A stretch of 64,000 nt of DNA from Bacteroidota bacterium (GTDB lineage: Bacteria; Bacteroidota; Rhodothermia; JANXDC01), in assembly GCA_025059945.1 (NCBI GenBank), contig JANXDC010000011.1, positions 16,673 through 80,672 on the forward strand. The letters run 5' to 3'. This document shows, one piece after another, positions 8,740 through 16,669 of this stretch. How positions within the stretch are numbered: the stretch's first letter is position 1; the number at the start of each line of letters is the position of its first letter. A model generated the notes under the pieces. That model saw nothing but the letters and a program-made list of their open reading frames with translations, searched no databases and was not told the origin of the DNA. Position numbers and translations under genes: made by a program.

Positions 8740-10020
8740 TTACAAGCCTGTGCCCTTAAAGCGTTCCTGCATGGCCTTCCAGAGCCAATCTCGGTGCATG
8801 GGATGGGCGACCTGGATCAGCGCTTGAGCTCGCTGGCGCAGGTTTTTCCCGTACAGGTTGGCGATGCCGTATTCCGTGACCACGTAGTGTACATGTGCGC
8901 GCGTGGTCACCACCCCGGCTCCCGTTTTCAGGTAGGGCACGATCCGGGATTCTCCCCTGCTCGTCACGGAGGGCAGCGCGATGATAGGTTTTCCCCCCTC
9001 CGATAGGGAAGCACCCCGGATGAAGTCCATCTGTCCACCCACGCCGGAGTACTGATAGGTGCCGATCGAATCGGCGCAGACCTGGCCCGTGAGATCGACC
9101 TCGATGGCGCTGTTGATGGCCGTTACCTTGGGGTTGCGGCGGATGACGGCCGTGTCGTTTACGTAGGCGATATCCAACAAGGCCACCATGGGGTTGTCGT
9201 CGACGAAATCGTAAAGCCGGCGGCTGCCCAGGACGAAGCCGGCCACGATCTTACCGGGATGTACGCGTTTTTGCGCGTTTGTGATCACGCCCCTTTCCAC
9301 AAGATCGATCACGCCGTCGGAGAACATCTCCGTATGCACGCCCAGGTCCCGATGCTGCTTCAAGGCCGCAAGCACGGCGTTAGGGATGGCGCCGATGCCT
9401 ATTTGCAGCGTGGCTCCGTCTTCGACGAGCTCCGCCACGTAGCGGCCGATCCGGGTCTCGATCTCCGTCGGGGGTGAGGGATGCACCTCCGGAAGGGGCT
9501 CATCGACCTCCACCATGGCATATAGCTGACTTACGTGGATGAGCCCGTCGCCATGTGTGCGCGGCATCTGGGGGTTGACTTGTGCGATGACGTAGCGGGC
9601 GGACTGAACGGCTGCGCGCGTAGCGTCTACAGAGACCCCCAAGGAGCAGAATCCATGTCGATCCGGCGGGGAGACGTGGATGAGCGCCACGTCCAGCGGT
9701 AAAATCCCTCGCCGAAACAGGCTAGGGACTTCGCTTAAAAAGATCGGCACGTAGTCGCCTCGGCCCTCGTTGATGGCTTGCCGGACGTTGGCCCCCACGA
9801 ACAAGGCGTTGACGCGGAAACTTCTCGCATAGGCCGGATCGGCATACGGCGCGGGCCCTTCCGTGTGCAGGTGCACGATTTCGACGTCGCGCAACTCAGA
9901 GGCTCGCGCCACCAGGGCTTCGATGAGCACCCGGGGTGCAGCAGCCGCGCTGTGGATATAGACCCGATGTCCGGAGCGCACTATCGAGACAGCCTCTTCT
10001 GCGGAAACCCAGCGGGACAT
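8740..10020 (-). CDS. Acetyl-CoA hydrolase/transferase family protein (4-hydroxybutyrate/succinyl-CoA:acid CoA-transferase-like)
   Basis: ORF 8740-10143 trimmed to MSRWVSAEEAV (ATG 10020), with AAGGAGG 7 nt upstream. Family-typical segments: HSAAAAP, GIGAIPNAVL, EMFSDG, GSRRLYDF, GVGGQMDF. Confidence 0.88.
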   Translation of the reverse strand: MSRWVSAEEAVSIVRSGHRVYIHSAAAAPRVLIEALVARASELRDVEIVHLHTEGPAPYADPAYARSFRVNALFVGANVRQAINEGRGDYVPIFLSEVPSLFRRGILPLDVALIHVSPPDRHGFCSLGVSVDATRAAVQSARYVIAQVNPQMPRTHGDGLIHVSQLYAMVEVDEPLPEVHPSPPTEIETRIGRYVAELVEDGATLQIGIGAIPNAVLAALKQHRDLGVHTEMFSDGVIDLVERGVITNAQKRVHPGKIVAGFVLGSRRLYDFVDDNPMVALLDIAYVNDTAVIRRNPKVTAINSAIEVDLTGQVCADSIGTYQYSGVGGQMDFIRGASLSEGGKPIIALPSVTSRGESRIVPYLKTGAGVVTTRAHVHYVVTEYGIANLYGKNLRQRAQALIQVAHPMHRDWLWKAMQERFKGTGL

Positions 10021-10094
10021 GATGATGCCTCCTTCGGTTCGGACGCTAAAATACGGCTCGGGGGCCGATGGCGGGTCAAGAGGGCTTAAAAAAG

Positions 10095-10124
10095 CTTGCT
10101 CTGGCTTGCGCTCCCCGCGTATCA
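10095..10124 (+). promoter_or_regulatory. Candidate sigma70-type promoter for the TRAP binding-protein gene
   Basis: TTGCTC-18 nt-TATCAT, about 30 nt upstream of ATG 10156, in the divergent spacer. Confidence 0.3.
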
Positions 10125-10155
10125 TGGCAAGGTTTTCGGCCAAAGAGGGGGGTTT

Positions 10156-11274
10156 ATGGCGATGAAACGACGGGCGTTTTTAGCGCTGGCCGCCTCCGGT
10201 GGAGCGGCTTGGTTGGCGGGCTGTCGATCTCGGTCTGAGCAGACAGGCCCGGCTGTGATCACGCAGCCGCGCATCAGCTGGCGGTTGGCTTCCAGTTTCC
10301 CGCGAGGTCTGGACACGATCTTCGGCGCGGCCGAAATCCTGGCTCGACGCGTGGAGGCGCTTACCGAAGGGCGGTTTCGGATCCGCGTCTACCCGGCCGG
10401 AGAGCTGGTGCCCGGCCTGCAGGTGCTCGACGCCGTGCAACAGGGTACGGTCCAGATAGGCCATACGGCCAGCTACTATTTTACGGGCAAAAACCCCGCC
10501 TTGGCCTTCGACACCACGCTGCCTTTCGGGCTTACGGCGCGTCAGCACAACGCCTGGCTGTATTACGGAGGGGGGTTGGAGCTACTGCGTGCGGTGTTTG
10601 CGGACTTCAACATCCTCACGTTTCCGGGGGGCAACACGGGGGCCCAGATGGGCGGTTGGTTTCGCCGGGAGATCCGCTCCGCAACCGACCTGCGGGGGCT
10701 TAAGATGCGCATCCCCGGCTTAGGGGGTGAGGTCATGAGCCGTCTGGGCGCGACCGTGCAGGTGCTGGCTGGCGGGGACATTTATCCGGCGCTGGAACGC
10801 GGGGCCATCGATGCGGCCGAATGGGTGGGGCCGTATGATGATGAGAAACTGGGTTTTCATAAAGTGGCCCGTTTTTACTACTACCCGGGCTGGTGGGAGC
10901 CCAGCGCCTGTCTGTCGTTTTACGTCAACCGCTCGGCCTGGGACCGGCTGCCCCGGGCCTATCAGCAGGCCATTGAGGTGGCCTCCTATGAGGCCAACCT
11001 GGCTATGTTGGCCCATTATGATCAGCAAAACCCGCTAGCTCTGGAGCGGCTGCGGCAGGCCGGCGTGCAGCTGCGGCGTTTTCCTGAGGATATCCTGCAA
11101 GCGGCCCAACGCATCGCCTTCGGCTTGTACGAAGAACAAGCCGCGCGCGAGCCCACATACCGAAAGCTCTACGATGCTTGGAGGCGATTTCGTGAATTGG
11201 CCTACCGATGGTTCGGCACGGCCGAGCGGAGCTACGCGGATTTCGCCTTCCCCACGCCCGATCAGGCCCGGTGA
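10156..11274 (+). CDS. dctP: TRAP transporter substrate-binding protein (COG4663-like), predicted Tat-exported lipoprotein
   Basis: ORF 10096-11274 trimmed to MAMKRRAFLALAASGGAAWLAGC. This carries a twin-arginine RRAFL motif followed by the lipobox LAGC. DctP-family similarity over the rest. Confidence 0.88.
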   Translation: MAMKRRAFLALAASGGAAWLAGCRSRSEQTGPAVITQPRISWRLASSFPRGLDTIFGAAEILARRVEALTEGRFRIRVYPAGELVPGLQVLDAVQQGTVQIGHTASYYFTGKNPALAFDTTLPFGLTARQHNAWLYYGGGLELLRAVFADFNILTFPGGNTGAQMGGWFRREIRSATDLRGLKMRIPGLGGEVMSRLGATVQVLAGGDIYPALERGAIDAAEWVGPYDDEKLGFHKVARFYYYPGWWEPSACLSFYVNRSAWDRLPRAYQQAIEVASYEANLAMLAHYDQQNPLALERLRQAGVQLRRFPEDILQAAQRIAFGLYEEQAAREPTYRKLYDAWRRFRELAYRWFGTAERSYADFAFPTPDQAR

Positions 11275-11401
11275 GGCGCATTCGGCTTGAATCTGGACCG
11301 AGTATAAATTTCTTGTGCGTCTTGCGCCTGCTCAGGCGGCGTGTTTTCTTACGGACGCCATGCGGCACATACGGCTAACCGGCTAACAGGAGACCGTCAT
11401 C

Positions 11402-11746
11402 ATGCCACACGTCGTCGCCGAGCCCTGCATCAACTGCAAATTCACAGATTGTGTCGAGGTTTGCCCCGTGGACTGCTTCTATGAGGGGCCGAATATGCTT
11501 GTCATCCATCCGGATGAGTGCATCGACTGCGGGGCCTGTGTGCCGGTCTGCCCCACAAGCGCGATCCATCCGGAAGACGAGCTGCCCGAGAAGTGGGCCC
11601 ACTACAAAGACATCAACGCCCAGCTGGCTGAAGAGTGGAAGGCTCTGGGCATGAACATCACCTCCAAAAAGGATCCGCTTCCGGAAGCGGAGGCGTGGAA
11701 GACGCGCCCCAAGAGCGAAGCGGACATCCTGACCTGGGAGGCTTGA
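11402..11746 (+). CDS. fdxA: 7Fe ferredoxin ([3Fe-4S][4Fe-4S], Azotobacter FdxA type)
   Basis: 114 aa. [14 protein letters not shown] and [12 protein letters not shown] cysteine patterns. GGAGA upstream of the ATG. Confidence 0.93.
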   Translation: MPHVVAEPCINCKFTDCVEVCPVDCFYEGPNMLVIHPDECIDCGACVPVCPTSAIHPEDELPEKWAHYKDINAQLAEEWKALGMNITSKKDPLPEAEAWKTRPKSEADILTWEA

Positions 11747-11774
11747 TCCCGGACCTCCAAGCGCCTTTTACCGA

Positions 11775-11815
11775 TCCGCTCCCTTTTCTCAATCTAGAAG
11801 GGGGCGGATTTTTTT
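11775..11815 (+). terminator. Intrinsic terminator after fdxA
   Basis: 11-bp stem TCCGCTCCCTT / AAGGGGGCGGA (one G-U pair), 12-nt loop, then TTTTTTT. Confidence 0.7.
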
Positions 11816-11849
11816 GGCCTCTCCGAGGCGTGTGCGCTATCTTACGGCC

Positions 11850-12542
11850 ATGGCTAGCGCACCACGCCCACCTACGGTTTCCGAGGATCCGTCAGGGGCC
11901 TCCGTGGCATGGCGGATCGCGACAGCGCTGTCGAACAGCTTAAACCCCTTCGTTTTTCCGCCGCTCGTTTTTGCGCTATTGCTGTGGCATTGGGGCATCT
12001 CAGGGCATGAGCGCTGGCTTGTGCTGGGGCTGGTCACGCTCCATTTCACCGTACTACCCCTTCTGTACCTAGTCTACCTGTTGCGCCAAGGCTGGATCGA
12101 AAGTCTGGATGTGCCGCAGCGCCTGAAGCGCACCAGACCGTTCGCGTGGGGGGTTGTTTCGTATGCGCTGGCGTTGCTGATGGTGCTCTGGTGGCGACCC
12201 CCGGGTTGGGAGCCCACGGCTTGGATTATGGGAGCATACCTCGTAAATACGATCGTGGCGATGGTCATCAACCTATGGTGGAAGATCAGCGTGCACCTGA
12301 TGGGTTTATCGGGAGCGCTGGCCGTGTTGGTCTTCTTTCTGCGTCATCCCCTGCCCGGATATGGGCACCGGCTCAGCTGGGATCCGCTCATTTGGGGGCT
12401 TTTGGGACTGGTGCCGGCGCTCATGTGGGCGCGTCTGACCCTGCGCGCTCATAGCTGGGCGCAGACCGCTATCGGGGCCCTATACGGCTTCGGGGCGACA
12501 TATGGCCTGTTGTGTTGGGGTTGGAAGCTATACGCCAGATGA
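11850..12542 (+). CDS. Integral membrane protein, weakly PAP2-phosphatase-like
   Basis: ORF 11814-12542. The ATG at 11850 is preferred because the TTG at 11814 lies inside the fdxA terminator U-tract. About 6 TM segments. Degenerate PAP2-like motifs (KRTRP, SVH, RAHSWAQT). ATGA overlap with nnr. Confidence 0.65.
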   Translation: MASAPRPPTVSEDPSGASVAWRIATALSNSLNPFVFPPLVFALLLWHWGISGHERWLVLGLVTLHFTVLPLLYLVYLLRQGWIESLDVPQRLKRTRPFAWGVVSYALALLMVLWWRPPGWEPTAWIMGAYLVNTIVAMVINLWWKISVHLMGLSGALAVLVFFLRHPLPGYGHRLSWDPLIWGLLGLVPALMWARLTLRAHSWAQTAIGALYGFGATYGLLCWGWKLYAR

Positions 12543-14089
12543 AGCTCTATACGCTCGAGGGCCGGGTGCCCGAACGCCCATGGCGCGTGCTGACGGCCGA
12601 GGAGATGCGCCGGGCTGATACGGCCGCTGCCGAACGATTGGGGCTCGCTGTGTGCATTCTTATGGAGTTAGCCGGCCGATCCGTGGCTCAGCTGCTAGAG
12701 CGCCGCTACCCTATGAGGCCCGTCTGGGTCCTATGCGGAAAAGGGCACAACGGGGGCGACGGGCTGGTGACCGCCAGGTACCTGCTTGAGGCCGGCCGCC
12801 GGGTGCACGTGATCCTGGCTGTGCCTCCAGAGGAGCTCTCCGGCGAACCCCGCGCGGCCTGGGAGCGGCTGCTTGAGATCGGCTTCAGCTGCCGATCGCG
12901 CTGGAGTTGGAGCCTTTGGCCCGATGCGGGCCCCGTGGAGCCCTCCATGATCCTCGTGGACGCTCTATTGGGCACCGGAGTGAAGCGGCCCGTAGAGGGG
13001 GCGCTCAAGCATATGATCGCGTGGATGAACCGCTCCGGGCGCCCCGTGGTGGCTGTGGACGTGCCCAGCGGCCTTTCCAGTGACACAGGGGCCGAGCAGG
13101 GCCAGGCCGTGCGGGCCTGGGATACGGTCGCAATGGCCTGTTTGAAACGCGGGCTGCTTTTGGACGAGGGCCGGCACCTTTCCGGCCGCATCTGGGTGGC
13201 CGATATCGGCATTCCGGACGCGCTCCTTGCGGAGGTGCAGACCTTCGCGGCCACCGGTCCTTGGGTGGCCGCGCATTGGCCTCGTCGAAGGCCTGGGGCG
13301 CACAAGTATCAGGTTGGGCGTCTCTTTGTGCTGGCCGGAAGCCCGGGCCTTACCGGCGCTCCCGTGTTGGCGGCCCAGGCCGCAGCGCGCATCGGCGCAG
13401 GGGCCGTGGTGATAGGCGCTCCGGTCTCCGTGGCCCCCCTATTGGCCGCCAAAACCCAGGAGGTCATGACGCGCGCGCTGTCCGAGACGGAGACCGGAAC
13501 CCTGTCCATGGCCGCGCTCGCCTCTGCGCGTCAGGAGCTCGCCCGGAGCCGAGCGGGGCTCATCGGGCCAGGCCTAGGCCGGCACCCCCAGACCACAGCC
13601 CTGGTAGCCCAATTGCTTTCCGAACACCGAAGCCTGCCGATTGTGGTCGACGCCGACGGGCTGTTTGCGCTGTCCGAGCGACGCGAGCTGCTCGACGGTT
13701 CCCCCAAACCCTGGGTGCTTACTCCGCACGCGGGAGAGTTTGCTCGGCTTGCAGGCGTGGACCCCGAACAGGTCCGACGCGCCCGAGCGGAGCTCGCCCG
13801 CCACTGGGCTCGCTCCTGGGGCGTGGTGCTCGTGCTCAAGGGTATGCCCTCTGTGGTGGGCACGCCCGAAGGCCGGCTCTGGATCAACCCAACCGGGGAT
13901 GAACGGCTGGCTACGGCTGGCTCAGGGGATGTTCTGGCCGGCCTGATCGCCGGCCTGCTTGCCCAGGGTCTGGATCCGGAGCGGGCCGCGGTGGCCGCCC
14001 TGTTCGTGGGGGGCTTAGCGGCGGAGGCGGGTCCCCGAAATCTGCTCGCCGGGGACATCCTAGCCAATCTCGAGGCGGGGATCCCCTGA
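12539..14089 (+). CDS. nnr: Bifunctional NAD(P)H-hydrate repair enzyme (epimerase + ADP-dependent dehydratase)
   Basis: YjeF_N motif GKGHNGGDG. C-terminal carbohydrate-kinase-like domain ending GSGDVLAGLIAGLLAQG. Start ATG 12539 overlaps the previous stop. Confidence 0.92.
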   Translation: MKLYTLEGRVPERPWRVLTAEEMRRADTAAAERLGLAVCILMELAGRSVAQLLERRYPMRPVWVLCGKGHNGGDGLVTARYLLEAGRRVHVILAVPPEELSGEPRAAWERLLEIGFSCRSRWSWSLWPDAGPVEPSMILVDALLGTGVKRPVEGALKHMIAWMNRSGRPVVAVDVPSGLSSDTGAEQGQAVRAWDTVAMACLKRGLLLDEGRHLSGRIWVADIGIPDALLAEVQTFAATGPWVAAHWPRRRPGAHKYQVGRLFVLAGSPGLTGAPVLAAQAAARIGAGAVVIGAPVSVAPLLAAKTQEVMTRALSETETGTLSMAALASARQELARSRAGLIGPGLGRHPQTTALVAQLLSEHRSLPIVVDADGLFALSERRELLDGSPKPWVLTPHAGEFARLAGVDPEQVRRARAELARHWARSWGVVLVLKGMPSVVGTPEGRLWINPTGDERLATAGSGDVLAGLIAGLLAQGLDPERAAVAALFVGGLAAEAGPRNLLAGDILANLEAGIP

Positions 14090-14475
14090 TGCGTCTGCCG
14101 CGTTGGCTTCCGGCCCTGCTTTGGGGGGCTCTTATCACCGTCTTGCTGGCCATTCCGGGCGGTCGGCTTCCGGATTTGTCGTGGTTTTCGCTTGACAAAA
14201 TTGGGCATTTGGGGCTGTTTCTGATCTGGGCCTGGCTGTGGGCCTGGGCCTGGGAGCCCATGAGCAAAGCCCGCTATGGTGTGACCATAGCTCTGGCCGC
14301 GCTCTGGGCCTCTGGCACCGAAGCGCTGCAGGCCGTCTACGTCCCGGGCCGTGAGGCCGAGTGGGCCGATGTCCTGGCCGATCTGGTGGGTTTTGGACTG
14401 GGGCTGTGGAGCTATCACCGCTTCGAATGCTTGCGGGCTCTTCTGGGGAAACTCTTTGTGGCCGGGAGAGTCTAA
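14089..14475 (+). CDS. VanZ-like family membrane protein
   Basis: 128 aa with 4 hydrophobic segments and a DKxxH motif (LDKIGHLGLF). TGATG overlap with the nnr stop. Confidence 0.75.
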   Translation: MRLPRWLPALLWGALITVLLAIPGGRLPDLSWFSLDKIGHLGLFLIWAWLWAWAWEPMSKARYGVTIALAALWASGTEALQAVYVPGREAEWADVLADLVGFGLGLWSYHRFECLRALLGKLFVAGRV

Positions 14476-14523
14476 AACGTAAGAAACGAACGATCGTAAG
14501 GGCGTCGAAACGGAGCGATGGAG

Positions 14524-14552
14524 TTGACTTTCGCTGGGGCTGTGCGTAGGTT
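14524..14552 (+). promoter_or_regulatory. Candidate sigma70-type promoter upstream of tonB
   Basis: TTGACT-17 nt-TAGGTT, about 70 nt upstream of ATG 14623. Confidence 0.3.
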
Positions 14553-14622
14553 TAAGAGCCTCCCGAATGGGTAAGCGGTCGAAAACCATCATGCCGAATC
14601 GATAATAGAGGAGCGAGGCATC

Positions 14623-15300
14623 ATGCGGTTACGTCGCAAGGCGCCCGAGGCTGATCTCCGGCGGCGGTATACGCTGTTCATGGAGATCGGTTTGGTGGTG
14701 GCGCTGCTGTTGCTGGTGGTGGCGTTCCGGCTGGACCTGCGGCCCAGATCTGAGTTTGTGATCGTGGAGAAGCCGCAAGAGACCGTAAAGATGGAGGAGA
14801 TCGAGCAGACCAAACAGGTCGATCGGCCGCCTCCACCGCCGCCTCCGCCGGTGCCGGTAGAGGTGCCGGACGATAAGCTGCTGGAAGAGGAGGACGTGCG
14901 CTTTGAATCCGAGCTCAACCAGCAGGCCGCGAACTTACCGCCTCCCCCGCCACCTCCGCCCGCGGCCCCGCAGCAGAAGGAGCCGGAGCCGGAGCCCGAG
15001 GTGTTCGTGATCGTCGAGGAGATGCCCGAGCTGATCGGGGGCCTAGAGGGACTGCAGCGGCGGATCCGCTATCCGGAGATCGCCCGCAAGGCCGGCGTGG
15101 AGGGGACGGTGATGGTGCAGTTTGTGGTGGACGAAAACGGCAACGTCACGAATGCTCAGGTAATCAAAGGCATCGGGGCGGGCTGCGATGAGGAAGCCCT
15201 GCGCGCTGTGCAGGAGTCCAAATTCAAGCCAGGCAAGCAGCGGGGTCGGCCCGTGCGCGTGCAGATGACCTTGCCTGTGCGCTTCCGGTTGAAGAGTTAA
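14623..15300 (+). CDS. tonB: Energy transducer TonB
   Basis: N-terminal TM anchor, two poly-Pro spacers (PPPPPPPPVPVEVP, PPPPPPPPAAP), and a C-terminal TonB_C domain (YPEIARKAGVEGTVMVQFVVDENGNV ... KFKPGKQRGRPVRV). Confidence 0.92.
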   Translation: MRLRRKAPEADLRRRYTLFMEIGLVVALLLLVVAFRLDLRPRSEFVIVEKPQETVKMEEIEQTKQVDRPPPPPPPPVPVEVPDDKLLEEEDVRFESELNQQAANLPPPPPPPPAAPQQKEPEPEPEVFVIVEEMPELIGGLEGLQRRIRYPEIARKAGVEGTVMVQFVVDENGNVTNAQVIKGIGAGCDEEALRAVQESKFKPGKQRGRPVRVQMTLPVRFRLKS

Positions 15301-15325
15301 ATACCCCCTATCATAACGATTCGCG

Positions 15326-15358
15326 ACGGAGCGCTCCTTGGCGCTCCGTTCTTTTTTT
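15326..15358 (+). terminator. Intrinsic terminator after tonB
   Basis: ACGGAGCGC-TCCTTG-GCGCTCCGT followed by TCTTTTTTT. Confidence 0.8.
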
Positions 15359-15361
15359 GTA

Positions 15362-15391
15362 TTGCACTTTGCGAGGGCCCGAACGTAGGTT
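15362..15391 (+). promoter_or_regulatory. Candidate promoter for the M42 peptidase gene
   Basis: TTGCAC-18 nt-TAGGTT, the same -10 hexamer as the tonB candidate, 30 nt upstream of ATG 15422. Confidence 0.3.
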
Positions 15392-15421
15392 TGGCCGCTC
15401 TTGTAGTTGAGGAGGCCGAAA

Positions 15422-16456
15422 ATGGAGCGCTTTGCGCTGCTCAAACGCATTGTGGAGACCCCCGGCGCCCCCGGCCGCGAGGCGCCGATCCGGGAGGTCG
15501 TTTTGGAAACCGTGCAGCCCCTGGTTGATGAGGTCCGCGTAGATGCCTTGGGCAACGTGATCGCGCGCAAGCGGGGCCGCCGGGACCGGCGCGTGCTCTT
15601 GGCCGCGCACATGGATGAGATCGCCTTCATGGTAAACCATATCGACGACCGCGGCTTCATCCGGTTTGTGCCCCTGGGGGGGTTTGATCCCAAGACACTC
15701 GTGGCGCAGCGCGTGCTCGTGCATGGCCGTCAGACGCTATTAGGGGTTTTGGGCACCAAGCCCGTGCACGTGATGACGCAGGAAGAGCGCAAGAAGGTGC
15801 CGGAGCTCAAGGAGTTTTTCGTCGACCTGGGGTTACCGGCTGAGCGTGTGCGCGAGCTGGTTCGGGTAGGCGACGTGATCACGCGGGAGCGCGAGCTCGT
15901 ACGCGTAGGCGATACGATCACGGGCAAATCCCTGGACAACCGGCTGAGCGTTTTCGTGCTTCTCGAAGCCCTTCGAGAACTTGGAGAGCACGAGGTGGAC
16001 ATTTACGCGGTCTTCACCGTGCAGGAGGAGGTCGGATTGCGCGGCTCTCGCGTGGTGGTACGTCAAGTGCAGCCTCACGTGGGCATCGCGCTCGATATTA
16101 CGCTGGCCAACGACATCCCAGGCATTGCGGAGCCTGAACAGCAGTGCCGGCTCGGCAAAGGGACGGCGATCAAGGTCATGGACGCCAGCGCCATCGCCGA
16201 CGCCCGGCTGATCGAGTTCTTGATCGCGGTGGCCGAAGTACACCAGATTCCGTATCAGCTCGACGTCTCCCCGGCCGGCGGCACGGACACGGCGGGGATC
16301 CAGTACTTGAGCGGCGACGGGGTGATCGCGGGTTGTCTGTCCACGCCGACGCGCTACGTGCACAGCGTAACGGAGATGGCGCACGTAGCCGATATACAGG
16401 CCAGCATCCGCCTGCTAGCCCGAACCCTGGAGCGGCTGCACGAGTTTACGCCGTAG
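15422..16456 (+). CDS. M42 family metallo-aminopeptidase (FrvX/PepA/TET-like)
   Basis: ORF 15407-16456 trimmed to MERFALLKRIVETPGAPGRE, with GGAGG 6 nt upstream. M42 hallmarks: AHMDEI, SLDNR, FTVQEEVGLRG, and GGTD near the C-terminus. Confidence 0.9.
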   Translation: MERFALLKRIVETPGAPGREAPIREVVLETVQPLVDEVRVDALGNVIARKRGRRDRRVLLAAHMDEIAFMVNHIDDRGFIRFVPLGGFDPKTLVAQRVLVHGRQTLLGVLGTKPVHVMTQEERKKVPELKEFFVDLGLPAERVRELVRVGDVITRERELVRVGDTITGKSLDNRLSVFVLLEALRELGEHEVDIYAVFTVQEEVGLRGSRVVVRQVQPHVGIALDITLANDIPGIAEPEQQCRLGKGTAIKVMDASAIADARLIEFLIAVAEVHQIPYQLDVSPAGGTDTAGIQYLSGDGVIAGCLSTPTRYVHSVTEMAHVADIQASIRLLARTLERLHEFTP

Positions 16457-16465
16457 AGCGCGCCG

Positions 16466-16648
16466 TTAGTCCTCGTCTTCGGCCTGCTGCTTGCGCTCGA
16501 AGATGAAGTAATCCGGACGCCCCTCCTGGTTGAACGTCACGGTGTGCAGCTTCCATCCCTCTTGGCCCAGGCGGTTGAGCTCCGCCTCCAGCAGGGGGCC
16601 GGCCTCCTTGTACCGGATGAGCTTGAACTCATACGTTTTGCGCTTCAT
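16466..16648 (-). CDS. DUF4177-like small protein
   Basis: 60 aa, MKRKTYEFKLIRYKE...LNRLGQEGWKLHTV. The GWxL core is typical of DUF4177. It lies 21 nt downstream of the 691-aa gene on the same strand. Confidence 0.65.
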   Translation of the reverse strand: MKRKTYEFKLIRYKEAGPLLEAELNRLGQEGWKLHTVTFNQEGRPDYFIFERKQQAEDED

Positions 16649-16669
16649 GGGTGAAGTTCCTTGCTTAGG

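Noticed and set aside
13531-14592. 353-aa minus-strand ORF antisense to nnr and vanZ
   Set aside because: Overlaps well-supported plus-strand genes. Pro/Arg/Ser-rich with no recognisable domain.
14800-14980. CCG/CCT-rich repetitive DNA in tonB as a possible tandem repeat element
   Set aside because: It simply encodes the two poly-proline spacers typical of TonB. There is no evidence of a non-coding repeat.
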